Source: the human T2T-CHM13v2.0 reference genome, Homo sapiens. Taken from it: a DNA stretch of 64,000 bases. Both the position numbers and the translations under genes were made by a program. The notes under the pieces are model-generated. The model saw only the letters and a list, made by a program, of their open reading frames with translations, made no database searches and was not told where the DNA came from. The stretch lies in NCBI RefSeq assembly GCF_009914755.1, contig NC_060937.1. One strand, 5' to 3'. Positions within the stretch are counted from its first letter, which is position 1. Every line of letters starts with the position of its first letter. Shown here piece after piece: positions 26,168 through 41,712 of the stretch.

Positions 26168-29015
26168 GGCCTACTTTTATCAAGGGAGTGGCATCGTTAA
26201 ATAGAAATAAATGACCAGAATCTGAGAAGCGAAGCATTTATCTAGAAAGTCCAATTGTCAGTATCTTTAGTGTCTTTTTATATTTTACATATCTTAAACT
26301 CTTAAAAATAAATACAAAGTAATTTAAAGTTAGAAAAACCTTTCTGGATTTTACCTGAATACATGCTTGAAAGGGCCCAAGAGTGTTTTGCTGTTGAAAC
26401 CAGGCGGGGCCATCTTGGTATTCATCTGTGGACATTTGCTCTGTGCTGCCTTAAACCCTGTCCAGAGCAATTGATCCAGCTGAGAACCAACATTGAAAAC
26501 AATGATAGTGCTACTTATTTTAATTTCTATAAATATTGGGTTGAGGTACTGTTTTTCAAATATTAGAACTATCTTTTATTTGGGAAAATGAAAATCTCAA
26601 ACTTCAGAAATAATTGGTAGTCCACAGTATGTTTTCTAGCAATTAACACTATCAGTAAATGAAACGAACAGGCTGTCAAAGACTGAGATGCTATAATATG
26701 AAATGGGCACAGTGTTGGGGGCTTTGACCGGATGCAATGAAAACTGATCCTTATATGGGATCATAAGAAGAGAAGATGTTCTAATGACCAAATGACCCTG
26801 TTGTCTGTTTTTACCCAGGCCTACATCACACTGGATATGTGTGTGTTAGGGTGCAGTTTTACAGGAGATCCCTTCTAGAGTAGACTCAGACTCCCAAATG
26901 TGGAGCCTGGGATGCTCCTGTGCTTTCATAGCTGAAAAACACTAAGACTTGGTGATGGTTTTGCAAAGCATACCAGGAGGCAATATGCCACATTTACCAA
27001 ACAAGACTGCCTGCACTGATGGAGAGCCATGGGAAGGCCAAAGCAAGCATATAGATATTGTGTATCATCCAGAGACTAAAATGTTAATATAAAATTAGTA
27101 TGTGGAAGGGTGAGGGACATAGAAGTGGTTTACAGAAATAAGAAAAAAATTATATTAACATACAAAAATGATGGTATGAATGCAAGATGTATTAGGAGCC
27201 TCAGTATGTTAGTGTTATCCTTGTGGCTTGACCTCACTGTGTGTCCACTCTTCTGTGCTATTTCAAATCTGAGTGCTGGAGGCTGCAGAGCGTGGCTTCG
27301 GATCTCAGTAACCATGCTTCTTCCTTGGGCCAGTTACCTAAACTCTAAACCACTGCTTCTCCATCTGCAAAATAAGGGCAACAATCATGTCACAGATGGT
27401 AAAGATTAGAAGAAATAATTCACGGCTTTTATACCTAATGTTTTAGAAGCCACTCTGACCACCTGTCCTGCTTTGTAGCTAGATAGGTGATTTCCAAATT
27501 GTAATTTTTCGTGGGAACTGTGTTTGCTAATATGCTGCTGCTAGTTCACAGCAGAAATGATAACCACCTCTGTGTTTCTCACAGGGCCCTTAAAGTAGCA
27601 GGAGAGGAATGTTCTGAGACACCACAGGGATCAACACTGTTGCAGTTGGGCACCTGATATCCTCTAGTCATAGTCAGGACAAGTAGTAGGAGTATAAATT
27701 CCATTTCATAAATAGACATTTTTGTTGTTGTTGTTGTTGTTTTTAATCTTTTAACTCTAGGTCTAACATGTTCTTAGTGATGAGAAACTATATCCCACAG
27801 AGGCTAGCTGTTTGCTTATGGATTCAGAGGTTGATTGCCAGTAGACTCAAAATAATGCTCTTAACTCCTGCTATTGTATTATGATAATTGAAAAGTTGGT
27901 TATCTCATGTGATTAAGTAGAAGTATTCAATTAGGGTTTTCATTTGTTTGTTTATTTTGGTTTTGGGATTACCTAGAAGTAAACTTGCCAGCCTCCACAA
28001 AGGTCACTGGTAGTAACACTTTGGATAGAGTCTCTAGTGAGTGAGCCAGGACTTCTAGTCTTCCTTCCCAGCTGTGCTTGTGGTAAGTGGCCCAGGGTTG
28101 GACTAAGTTCTAAATGGTGAGAGCCAATTTTTGCTGTATGGAAAGCAAATCTAATCCTGCAGGGATTGGCCCTGTGAACTTGACATCGTTAGTATCAATT
28201 GCTAACCAGAAAATTGATTCATTCTTGATTCCATTTGTAGACTCTGCTTTATGCTAAAAATTAGTATCTTCTGAGATTCAGATTATTGCATATAGCACAG
28301 AGTAACTGCCAATCATTTACTGATTATTCAGATAACGTAGAATCAATTTAGAAGCAGATGAATAGATCAATTCTCTAGGAGAGCAAGTATGTAAAATTAT
28401 ATTTTCTAAAATACTTATGGATATATCATTTTGGGGACTGTTTCCTAGAATATTAATAAGATTAATTCTGTATGTAGCAAGCATGGGAAAATGTATGTGA
28501 AACAGTGTCTTCATTTAGATGAATATATTTATTCTAATGTAGCTGAGTTACAAGAAATAAACATATATTTACACTCCGTAGATTGAAGAGCCTAATTAGG
28601 TCCAAAGCTATAAAAATAAATGTTTTTGTTAGATTTTATCAAAATGTACACATTGAATAAGCCTTTTTGACTTTAATTTTGTCTTTGTAATAAAAACACA
28701 ATGGAACAGAGCTACAAAATTCCGTGCTATCAAACCTAGAAGATGGCATTGATTTTACTACTTTTAAGGTTTTTTTTTCTTTCTTTTCTGATAGTTTCTT
28801 CTTCCTAATTCTTATGTTTATAAAATACATCATGTAGTTGCTTAGTAATGTCATTTGAGTGTGATGATAGTTTATATAGAAATACAGGCTGCTACCTTAG
28901 AAACAGGAATTCCCTCACCTGAAAAATGTAAAACATTCTCCAAACCCCGATCTCATCATTATTGTTCCAAAGGCCTTATTTCTAAACTTAAGATTCCATT
29001 AAAAAACTAATCTGG

Positions 29016-29146
29016 GGCTGGACATGGTGGATCATGCCTGTAACCCCAGCACTTTGGGAAGCCAAGCCAGATGGATTGCTTGACCCCAGGAGTTCAAGAC
29101 TAGTCTAGGTAACACACAACATGGTTAAAACTAGTCTCTACCAAAA

Positions 29147-29177
<31 letters not shown>

Positions 29178-29346
29178 AATTAGCTGGGTTTAGTGGCACG
29201 TACCTGTATTCCCAGCTACTTAGTAGGGAGAGGTGGCAGGATCACTTGAGCCCTGGAGATTAAGGCTGCAGTAAGACATGATTCCACCACTGCACTCCAG
29301 CCTAGGTGACAGAGAGAGACCCTGTCTCAAAAATATAATTAAAAAA
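29016..29346 (+). mobile_element. AluJ-type with a (TAAA)n expansion in the middle A-rich linker
   Basis: AluJ features (ttgaccccaggagttc, aaggctgcagt, gaccctgtctc); (TAAA)n at ~29147-29178; degenerate TSD AAACTAA.CTGG. Confidence 0.9.
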
Positions 29347-29878
29347 GAAACTAAAACTGGGAGAATGTTACAATGGTAGCTACACAATCATTTTTAAGCC
29401 GCCGGGATTAGTTAATCCTTTTCAGTGTTTCTGTGCCTTTTACACATACAGAAGCATCACAATGACCACATTTCCTGCTTTTAGTTATTCTTTGAATCAC
29501 TTTCTATAGCACTAATACAATGCCTGGAATATAGAGCTAATCAGCAAATATTTTACCTTTGGGCAAGAAGTGGTAAGCTTTTCAATTATTATATTCTGTA
29601 TTTTAAAATATTCAGATTGCATTGAAATGGAACTCGGAGGGGGATGGGAGTTACATGAAAAAGTGCACACTATCAAAGTTGGAAGGAAAATTAATAAACA
29701 TAAGCGTACTTTCAAAGACTGATAATTACACCCATTTATACCAAATAAATAAAATTGCATGTATGTTCTTTTGTTTTTATGGTCTCTGTATTTTAGATCC
29801 ACCATTTCATTAAGTAGCTCTCTTTAAACCACTGAGTGAACTGCATGAATATCACTACTTTAAAAAAATGAATAATAA

Positions 29879-30028
<150 letters not shown>

Positions 30029-30729
30029 TGATTTGCTGAATTCTTTAAAAAATAATTTTATATAATTAATGAATAATTTCATATTCAATTTTGATTTGAT
30101 TTTAAATTACGTACTAATCATTATTGTAATTTGACTTTTAATAGTGTCTTCTTACTGAACAAATATTTTTATGGTTAAAGGAAAATGCTTATACAAGAGC
30201 ACATGTTCCTTATGTATCTGAATATTGTAGTCAAGTCATTGAAGAAATAATCAAAATCTGTAAACATTTGTCATAATACGGATTTAAAATGTTTTTCATA
30301 TTATATAGACTTCATATGCTTGCAGTCTCATGAATCTGTAATAATTATGTGTTTTCTACGGCAAATATTTTATTCATCGCAATAGTAGGAAAAGTAACTT
30401 AGTTTTACACTATATGGAGATTTAAGTTAATGTGTTCATTTCAGAACATTACTTTGGGGTAACAATCACATCTAGTAAATTTGTAGTAAGTTAGATCTTT
30501 AAGAGACTAATCATTATGTAAAATAATCTATCATAAATTTCAGTAGTGTAACTATCAAAAGAATGGAAAGAGTTTGCATTTCACGTATTTTAGAAAAAAA
30601 ATCATATTGCGTGGGGAAGTTCTTTCAAACAAACAAGAACAATTGTTTGTTTTGACAGCACCTCCTGTAAAAAAAGATCTATTTATTCAATAAATATATT
30701 TAAGGATCTGCTAAATATCCCTGAATTGT

Positions 30730-30945
30730 GCTTCTATGGTGATTCAGTCTCCTTATTTGTTGCTGGTCTGTTCCAGCTTTTTATTTCTCCTTGATTGAGT
30801 CTTGATGGATTGTATGTTTTTAGGAATGTGTCAGTTTCTTCGAGGCTATCCCATTGGTTCAATATATTTGCTCATAATATTCCATCATGATGCTTTTAAA
30901 TTTCTGAGCCGTCCATTGTACTGTCTCCTCCACCAGTTCTTTTTG
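30730..30945 (-). mobile_element. L1 ORF2 fragment, antisense
   Basis: ggtctgttccagctttttatttctccttgattgagtcttgatggattgtatgtttttaggaat resembles reverse L1 ORF2. Confidence 0.6.
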
Positions 30946-31455
30946 AGTTGCTTGCTCTTCCCAGGGTTATTGTCATAATTAATGGGGAGGAGCAGAAAGA
31001 AAAGTCTAAGTTGGTGAATTTTAAAGCAGCTGTTTCTTCTTCTAAAAATACTAATTTCTTAAAGTCTTGTTAAGCTTGGTAAAGAATGATAAAAGAAAAT
31101 TAATTTATCATTATTTTCACATGAAACCCACCTGAAAAGCAGGGAAATGAGTATACATTTCTGCAACTGTTCTATTGTAAAGTGTCTATTGCAATCTTTG
31201 GCTCTGCATGTTGAGGGTGACTAAATGAAATCAGTTTTTCCTGACTCATAAGGAGAATCTAGATATTTATTTTCCACATCCTGGAAGCAGTAATGACCAA
31301 GGCAGAAAAAATTAGATTCTGATTAGAATCCAAAATTCTGATTAGAATCAGAAATTTTATCCCTCAAGCCATCAGATGAAGCTACTGACCTTTTTCTCGG
31401 AAATGCATAGACACAAAAAGTATCCCTACAATTTCAGAGGTTGAGTCCTCTATGA

Positions 31456-31934
<479 letters not shown>

Positions 31935-32557
31935 TAAAAAAAAATCTGTAATTAGTTTGAGTGATGAAAATGGATTTTTAAATGTTAATTTATATAGTTA
32001 GATTTAACAATTAAAAAAACCCTTTAATGATTAACATATATGCCACACATGATACATGCCATGCGTCAGTGGTAGAGGAAACATAAGCCCAATCTAATTG
32101 TCACTTCTTTCAGAAACCTTCCTAGAGAATCCTGTCCCTCAAAAGTCATAAGACACAGGAATCACCAAATGATAAGGCAGAGAATTAGTGGCTATCAGTG
32201 TTATTACCTGCCTTTACCTGTCACATTCCAAAAACTTCCCAAACTTTTTAAAATCTGTTCTTTCAAATTAGAGAAACACAGTCATGAACTCACATGACAA
32301 CTATGCTGCAGAAGCCATGTTGACTTTGTCAGATGCAAAGGAATTAAGATTGTTTTTATTACTCCCTCTCCAGTGTGCCTACTAGGTTTCCAACATTCAT
32401 CATTTATTCGTGATAAGTCAGTTAAGAAACACTTCCCAACTACTTCATTTCTTCAAAACCAGCTACAAAACATTTGACCTGAAAATTTAAGCACACCGTA
32501 GCTTTCATATACTTCCTTCTATTTTCTCACGCATTTGATTCTGCTTATTTAAGGGAT

Positions 32558-32976
32558 TGCATTAGGCAGTTTTTGCATTGTTATAACTTCCTGAGACTGG
32601 GTAATTTATAAAGAAAGCAGGTTTAATTGGCTCACAGTCTGCAGACTGTACAAGCATGGCTCTGGCATCTGCTGGGCTTCTGGGGAGGCCTCAGGGAGCT
32701 TTGACTCATTGCAGAATGTGAAGCGGGAACAGGCACATCACACGGTGGAAGCAGGAGCAGAAAGAGAGTTGGGGGATGTATGCTTCGGGCGGGCAGCAGA
32801 TGCCACACACTTAAACAATGAGATCTTTTGAGAACTCACTCATTATCGTGAGGACAGCACTGAACCATGAGACATCTGCCCCATGACCCAATCACCCCCA
32901 ACCAGGCCACGCTTCCAACACTGGGGCTTGCAATTCAACATGAGATTTGGTGCAGACAAACATCCAAACTATATCA
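32558..32976 (-). mobile_element. MST (MSTB-like) MaLR solo LTR
   Basis: Ends catccaaactatatca (reverse of TGATATAGTTTGGATG); contains gagactgggtaatttataaagaaa; flanks GGGAT/GGCAT. Confidence 0.8.
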
Positions 32977-34599
32977 GGCATTATGCCAGCTTTGTTGTGA
33001 GGCCTCCATGGCCTTCTCACTGGAATAGAAAGGGCCAGCGCTGGGTACCAGCCCCACCACTCACTGACTGTGGACTCAACAAGCCTTGATTGTTCTTTTT
33101 CCACAGAGCCCAACCTTGGGGCCACCAATTATTGAGAACCATAAACATCTATAGAAAGGGGAGACTTTTACTTAGTTCAGCAGATTTTTGCGAATCATGA
33201 AGATGAGTGCCTCGTGTGTGTATGGATCATCAGTCAGCACGTGTCCTGATCCATTGATGGTTGCTTGATTGGTACAGACAGATATCTTACTCAAAGGTTT
33301 CCAGAAATGGCCATTTACAATGTGCAGATGAGGCAGGTTTTTAAAACACATTATTTTTATCCTCTGCTTCGCTAGACTTGCCTTTAATTTTCTAACTTCT
33401 GATACATTTTAGTACTGAGGAAAGTGTCTGAAGATCGTATGTCTTTACTACTTTGTTCCATTAAGCCTACTCAAGTAGTGTCTCCACTGGAATGCATGCT
33501 TCAGAATGACAGACTTTGAGTTCTCCACTGTGCTAGCCCATTGTCCAGCACAGTGACCGAAAGACAAAGGCAACCAACACAGAATCAGGTGCAAAACTGG
33601 AAATATTGAGTGTAGATGAGGCTTTTGTTTCAGAATATAAGGCATCAAAACCAAGATACTCTTCTTTTACTCAGACTGAAAAAACAACTGGAGATTTATG
33701 ATAATAGAAGATTTTCAGTAAATTGCATCTCAATTATTTCACCAAGAAAAATAGTATATGACATCTAGAATTATTCTAAAAAATTGTTCTCTCAAAAAGA
33801 TGTCATTTAGTATGCACTTTGGAAATTATATTTTAGAAACAGGTTTATTTGAATATCAATTTATATGCATGGAAGATTTATAACTCTCTCTGAAGAAATT
33901 TGCTGTAAATATATTGTATCTGTGTTTAGGGGAAAAAGCGTTAGAAATGTGAACATTTTAGAGAGACTAATGGCATTTTTAGAGACATTCACAGTAATTT
34001 CACTCTTATAAAGACCTTATAAATGTAAATACCTTTATGGAGAAGGAGGTAGCTCACAATCTATAACTGTACTTATTATTTACATTTATAGTGGGATGAT
34101 GTACATATTTTAAAACTGCCTTTTATAAATATATTAACTTTTGCAATGGAAAACAAAAGAGATGCTTGTTCTTTCAAAAACTAGGAACTGAATAAATTAT
34201 GTGAGCAATAAGTCTTTTGGTTTTACAACACTTTCGTGAGTTGTACGTGAAGTAAAATTTCATTCTAGTCTTGTATGTATTTACTATATTTAGTATTTAC
34301 AACAGAATTGGCAATACTACACCCAAAGATAAGAAAATATTTGTACAAATGCTGGAATCTAAGTATTTTTGTTTCCCAAAGTATTTTGTATGACATAACT
34401 CATACATCTTCATGTTTAAAAACCCATTTTTATTCTCAAATACATTTTTACCCAAGTGTATAAAAATTAAGCTATATTCAGAACTTTAATTTTTTTGTGA
34501 TTTATTTCTTCTTTGCTTTGGGGAAAACAGTCTGGTTATGCCCCTACCCCTCTGACCAGGGAGTATTAACAAGCTTCATGTGCCATCCTAGGCTCCTTT

Positions 34600-35640
34600 T
34601 TGATGTTTGCCATGTCTTTGAGAAATATTCTCACACCCTCAGCTTCAAATGCTGTCTACATGCTCATGGCTACCCAAGCCTCCTCTCTGTTCCTCTCCCA
34701 AATTCTGCATCTGTGTATACCCAGGGGCTGTCTCTTTTTTTCTGTCCTCTAACACCACCTGTTTAAAAAAAAAAAAAACCATCATCTTCTCTTTCCCATC
34801 CCCATCTGTTGCTCTTCTGTTTTGTCATTTGTTCACCACAAAACTAATCCTTTGCCATTTTCCTACTTCTCTCTCCTCTCTCATGCCTAACAGAACACTG
34901 AGCCTACAAACTCCTACCCAGTGGACTGTGTCGAGATACTTAAGCTATAATCACCACCAGTCAATCTGTGCCTCCTCACTGCCTCTCCCCTCATCCAGGA
35001 CACTAGCATCTCTACATCTGGGTTAACCCATCAGCCTCTAACAGGTTTTTATCCCCCTCCCCCACTCTTCTGTCAATGACGAGGCTACAGTAATCATTCT
35101 ACATGCAGACATAGTCATACTGTGTGAACACAGTATCCTTTCCATTGCTGTTGAAATAAAATACTTATTCCTTAGCACCATTTATAAGTCCCCATGTGTC
35201 AGAGGCCCTGCTTAGGTCTCGTGTTTTATTTCTCCAGCCTCACCCCACCATATGTGAGGTTAAAGCTATACTGAATGTATCTTCATTTCTAGAATGCACC
35301 ACCACATATAGCCTATTCTTTGCTCTTCCTGAAATTGTTAAATTTTACCTTGCACGGCTACATTGAGATGTCACTTCACTGGCCGTCTTTCCTAATGCTC
35401 GGAATTTGCATATGACGGTTCCTCTCCTGTCCCTGTACAAGCACCCTGCATATCCCGTATCATAAACACAGCCTTACCACAACTTGCGGTAGTTGTCAGT
35501 TCATTCATCTGTATCACCTTTTAGTCTGTAAGAAGTGAATGCAGGAACATTTGTTTGGCTTGTCAAAATATCATCATATCTCAGACAGGAGCCAACACAG
35601 AATACTGGCTAAGTTACTATTTATTTAATGAGAGAATCAA
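34600..35640 (+). mobile_element. Degenerate L2 LINE fragment(s)
   Basis: L2-like motifs (cagcttcaaatgctgtctacatgct, agatgtcacttc, gtctgtaag..tgaatgcaggaac, ttatttaatg). Confidence 0.55.
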
Positions 35641-35881
35641 TAAATGCCCTAATGATCACTGAATAAATGTGTGAGCAGTAGGTGAGTGCGCACGCCCCTT
35701 GAGACTGGTTCTTGCAGGAAATCATCCTGGAGATTTCCATGAGAAACCCAGGCACATGCAAGGGCTTTGGTAGCACTGGAAATAATTTGCATTTGGGATG
35801 TATTACTAAAAGAAATCATGCACAAATGAAAGGGATTTCAACCAAAGGCAATATCTTGTGAGCAACACCGTATTTAATGGT

Positions 35882-36252
35882 TGCTATGTGTCTCCCCAAA
35901 ATTTGTGTGTTTCAAAATTAATCCCCAGTGCAGCAAAATTAGGACGTGAGGCCTAATGAGGGGTGTTTAGGTCATGAGGGTTTCACCCTCATGAAAGGAT
36001 TAATACGACTATAAAAAGAAATTGCAGGAGTGTTTCTCTCTCCTGCTTTTCCACCATGTGAGGATATAATGATCTTTCCCTCTGGAGGGTGCAACATTTA
36101 ATGGGGCATCTTGAAAGAAGAGAGACTAAGGCCTGCTGGTGCTTTGATCTTAGACTTCCTAACCTCCAGAACTGTGAGCAATAAATTTCTGTTCATTATA
36201 AATTACCCAGTCTCAGATATTCCATTATAGCTACACAAATACAACTATGACA
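35882..36252 (+). mobile_element. MLT1A/MSTD-type MaLR solo LTR
   Basis: TG...CA ends; aggtcatgagggtttcaccctcatga, ttgatcttagacttcc..cctccagaactgtgag and aataaatttctgttc. Confidence 0.8.
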
Positions 36253-38448
36253 ACTGTATAAAAGGAAAGTTCCATAAAAGGAGACTGAGGAGGGGTTGGA
36301 CACGGGCAGAGGAGGATTATGAGATTTGCGAATGGAAATAAAAGAGGAGTGTTTCAGAAAAGAAATACAAGGACAATTACATGGAAAACTGCAGTGATTA
36401 GAAAGTATTTATTTTGTGGTATGAGGGCAGAACTGTTTGGTTAATAAGAAATCATAGTTGAATCATTAAAAGTAGTAATGTATTAGACTTTCTAAAATAT
36501 TAGATCTGAAATAGTTCACATGGTTCTCAGAGTTAGAGACATTTACTCATTGCAATGTAGAGTATGCACCATTGAGCTTAGGTATATGTAATTCAAGTGG
36601 GGTATGCAAGTGCTGAGTTTCTGAGAGACTTTAACATTATATTTTCCTCTTTATTAAATTAAATCAATCATTTTTAGCTTCTGAACTAGGAAGGAATGAG
36701 TGCTGGCTCCAAATACTCACTGCTATATTTTAACTTTTTAAAGAGATACTTTCACTCTCAAGCAATTAATCTTGATAAATTTAGCCACACTGAAATACAA
36801 CTATTTGAAGAATAAGTAAAGTCTATATCCAGTAACTAATATTAATTCAAATTTCAGCTTAAATACACTTTCTTTGTTAGCCACTTAGTGTTTCCTTTTA
36901 TACAGACACACAACACATACACACTCTCTCTCTTTCTCTCTGAATATTAGTCACCTTAACCTCTGATAACTTTGCTGATTATGAAATTCTTTTAATAGCA
37001 AAGATGAGTTGCAGTTGAACAGCACACTCTACCTGCTCACATTTTAAGTAATTTACCTAAAGATGTTTTGTGAGGTTAAAACAGATGTTCCAGAGTAGAG
37101 TAATTGGAATTAGCCCTGGCCTGCTTAATTCAGTTTTGTGAAGTGCCTCAGTGATTTCTAATTGGAAGCACATAGGAAATATTGACTTTACGAAAAGAAA
37201 GGAATTCCCCTAGTAGGAGAAACTTCCTTATTTCACACATGAATGTTTATTTTTACAGGCCTGAAATAAAATGGAATTACTTTTAGTGTTAAAGATTTTC
37301 TTGTGGGAAACATTTACTTTTATGATTTAAATGCTTTCCGCAGTTGAAGCTGTAGAGAACAGTAGTTTGTTGGGAGATTGCACATGATTTTATTTGGAGT
37401 TCTATAAACAGCAAATTGAATTTAGTAATGCAACATAATTATTAGACTCTCTGATACTCTAACCTTTTTGCAAAGATATAAAAGCTTTAGCATTATTGCC
37501 GTTCTTTCAAATTTGTGGAAAACAAAGGCAATCTTAACTAATTTTTGACTTTCATTGTTTTTCTTTTCTTTCTGAATTTCTCTTTCCCTTCCTTCCTCCT
37601 GCCTTAATTTTTCCCTACCTTACTCCATATTTTATTTTTTTGTTCTTTCATTTTCTTCTTTCCTTCCTTCCTTCATTTCTGACATATGATATAAAAGCAA
37701 GAAAATGCCTCGAATCTTTAATATAAAGCAATACTCATTTTTGCAACTATTTTAATGTCCTGGGAACCTACAATATATATTTTATCTTTCAGATTTAAAG
37801 ATAGCTTCTCTTTCTTTAGCAAATGATATATTTGGAAGTCAAAATAACTTCTAAGTATAAGCACCCTGCTATAACATGAATAAGTACTATTGAAATAATT
37901 TGTGTTCTGCAAAACCAAACACTAATTTTGAATGGGCCTGTAGGGAATCTAGCAAAGGGCATACTATTGAAAACCTAATTATTTTTATAGTGAGAACACT
38001 GGCAAGAGCCATAATTATTTAAGGAGATCTCTTGGAATGCCTGGGCAAAATGCTCAGCATGAATGAAAAATGCCACAGAAAATGTTACAAACGCAAACAA
38101 ACAAACCCCACCGCAGATTGAAGAAACCATTGTCATTCTAACAAGTAAAATAATGCAAGAAATGAAAATGAAAGGCAAGGTTAGGAAAGGAGAAAGGATA
38201 ATGAAAATAGCAAAGAATCTCCAAAAAACTTTAAAAATTAGAACCGTTAAGTGAATTTATCAATTTTTTTACAGTAGTGTTACAAGCATAACATAGATAG
38301 TAATATGTTTAACAAATAATGTGCAATATTTGTACACTTCACACTACAAAATGTTGCAGTGACAATTGAAAACTTATGCAAATAGAGAGGTAAGCCACAC
38401 TCATTGATATGCAGTTGTCATTGAGACACTGAATATTGTTAAGGTATC

Positions 38449-38938
38449 TGGGAAGGCAGAATAGTGCCCCCAACGATGTCCATGTCCTAATCCGCAGAAC
38501 CTGTCAATATATTACAAGGCTAAATAAAGAACTTTGCATTGTAACTAAGCTAAGGATCATCAGCTGGAAAGATTTTCCTGGATTCTCTAGATGGGCCCAG
38601 TGTAATCACATGGGACCTTAGAAGCAGAGCCTTGTTCTTGGCTGAGAGACAGAGGGAGTGTGACTGTGGAAAAATGGTCAGAGACATGCAATATTGCTGC
38701 TTTGAAGATGGTGGAAGGGGAGGGACCATTAACCAAGGAATGTGGGTGACCTCAAAACTGGAGAAGCCAGAAACAAATTCTCCCTTATAGCCAGAAAGGA
38801 ACATGTAACCAGAGCCCTGGTGTCAGCCCAGTGATACCTGTGTCAGACTTCTGACCTACAGAATTGTAAGGCAATACATTTTTATTGTTTAAGCCACGAA
38901 CCTTGTGGTGATTTGTTAAAGCATGTCAAACTAATATA
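38449..38938 (+). mobile_element. MLT1D/E-type MaLR solo LTR
   Basis: aggcagaatagtgccccc..gatgtccatgtcctaatcc...gctgctttgaagatgg...gacttctgacctacagaattgtaag...aactaatata. Confidence 0.8.
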
Positions 38939-39562
38939 GTAGCTACCTATTTAAAACAATCCCAACCTAAAGCCTGGCAGTCTTTTTTATAGAAATTGGA
39001 AAATTCATCCTAAAAATTATGGAATGCAAAGTACCTATAATAGACAAAATGTTCTTGAAGGAATAAGACACAGACTATTTTCAAGACTTACTATAAGTCT
39101 TCCACTTGTAAGATTTCAAAACTTGCTATAAATCTATACACATAAAGTTGTTAGGTAATACAGCAAGGGTACACCAGTAGATCAATGGAACCTAAAATAT
39201 AGTGGCTACAAATGAACATAACAAGCCAGTTGATTTCCTATGAAAGTCTCAAGGCAATTCAATAAGAAAAAATGGTCTTCTCCACAAATGTTGCTGAAAA
39301 ACAAATGGTGCTGGACCGTCCGGGCCTTTACATGGCATTCACAAAAACTCACTTGAAATGTACCACAAATATAAAAGTTAAAATTATAAAGCTTTCAGAA
39401 GAAACTATAGTATAATATTATGATGAACTTTGAGTAGATAAAAATAGGTACAGATATTGTACTTAAAAGAAAATAAATAAAAGTGTCTTTCTGCTCATCA
39501 AAAGACATTTTTTTAGAATATGACGAGGCAAGCCACAGAATGGGATGAAATATATGTAATAC

Positions 39563-40044
39563 TAAACTTGAAAAATTAAAAGAAATTAAGTTTACCGTTT
39601 AAGTTTACGCTAGAATGGGCATGAAGTAGCGCCTCCCCCCACCCACCCCAAGTAAGAGTTAAGAAAAAATATTAACTGCTTCTCTGTAAGGTCTGTGCAG
39701 CATTAACCATATCTCTCCCCCACATATTTTGTAAGTTCTGTAAGCTGTTTTTCTTGCTGTGCAACCGCAAGGTCACACGATCCATAAGCATGAGTTGCAA
39801 GATAAGTTTCCCAATATGTCAGCTGAGTCCTAAGAATGTCACCTGATAATTAACTACTTTGTTCTCGCTTTTGTAAGCCAGCTTCCTGCATCATGTAATT
39901 CCCGCCTCAAGGTGCATAAAAGGTGTTTGTTTTCTTTGTTTGCTGCTCAGACTTTCAGGATGCCTGTCCGCTGAGCCAGTGTACACCTAAAATATGCCCT
40001 CCTGAACACCGCTTGGTCTCTCCAGTCGCTGATTTCCCACTACA
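39563..40044 (+). mobile_element. ERV1-class solo LTR inserted in the L1
   Basis: Interrupts contiguous L1 sequence; 4-bp TSD ATAC (39559-39562 and 40045-40048); CATAAAA TATA-like box; ends in CA. Subfamily not assigned. Confidence 0.65.
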
Positions 40045-41325
40045 ATACATATATCCGAAAAATTCATCCAGATCATATAAAAATGCAGATAGACTAATAG
40101 TAAAAAGTTAAACAATGCAGTAATAAATGGACAAGAAATTATTGAGTAGACAATTCACAAAAGATGGTCATTAAGCACATGAAAGTGTTCAATGTCACTA
40201 GTCATCAGGGAAATGTAAATTAACCTACGGTGAGATAGTACTTCAGTGGCTAAAATTGTTTTACTATGACAATATCAAGTGTTGGAGAGCATGTGGCAAA
40301 ATTGCCAGTGAGGATAAAAAAAAAATAGTAAAACCACTTGGTAAACTTTTCTGGCAATTTCTTATAAAGTTAAGTATACACTTACCAGATTACCCAGAAT
40401 TCTATTTTAGAATGTTCAAAAGAGAAAAATGAAAAACTACATTGACTGAAATGACATATGTCTATAGTAGCCTTATTCAAAGAGCCAGAAACAAATGGCT
40501 CAACTCTCAAGAAGAAAATGATGAACATATTGTAATGTAGTTGTACAGTGGACTACAACTCAACAATGAAGAGAGAAAGTGTCAATGCATGCACAAGCAT
40601 GGACGAATCTCAAGAATATTTATATTGGGCAAACATATACATTTCTGTGTTTTATTTATCTGAAGTTTAAGAATAGACAAAACTAATCTGGGGTGCTATA
40701 AATCACACTGTGTTTTCTTGTATGGGATGAACACTGACCACAGTGGGACAGGGGGGAACTGTTGGTGATGAGAAATGTTCTATATCTTATTTGTGGTGCT
40801 GATTACACAGGTACACACATTTGCCCAAATTTTATAACTGTGCGCTTATTAGTGTCCATTTTATTGCCTTTAAATTACTTCATTGTTTAAAAAAAGAATA
40901 TTCGTAGAAATACAGCTAAGACGGCTTCAGCGTCCAGCACAACACAGTTGAGGTCTTTTAATTTTATGATTTGACTTCCGTTGTTTTGACTCCTCTTGCC
41001 TAGGAAAAAATAGTACCACCAACGTTTATCAATTGAGTATGAGCTACTTTGTATTACAGAAACACACATTATTTCAGGACTTACTATTCTCTATAAATCA
41101 AAAAGACATACAATGACCATTTTAAAATATCTGGAACAGAATCATAATAAAAAATTGCTTTTTCTCTGTCCCTATTTGAGACATAAAGAAAGTGGTGGTA
41201 ATTTTCACTTGATGAAAATTTACAGCCTTTAAGGTTGCATAGCAACCTTAAATGTCTATATTGTAAAAGACAAGTTTGAAAAATAATGTTACAACTTACA
41301 AAGTTTTTAAGACGTTAGTAAAACA

Positions 41326-41712
<387 letters not shown>

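Larger units (their letters stand above)
38240..40870 (+). mobile_element. Old L1M element with nested MLT1 and ERV1 LTR insertions
   Basis: Colinear degenerate L1 ORF2 and 3' UTR motifs (acactacaaaatgttg, aaattcatcctaaaa, caagccacagaatggga, aatagacaaaactaatct). Confidence 0.7.
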
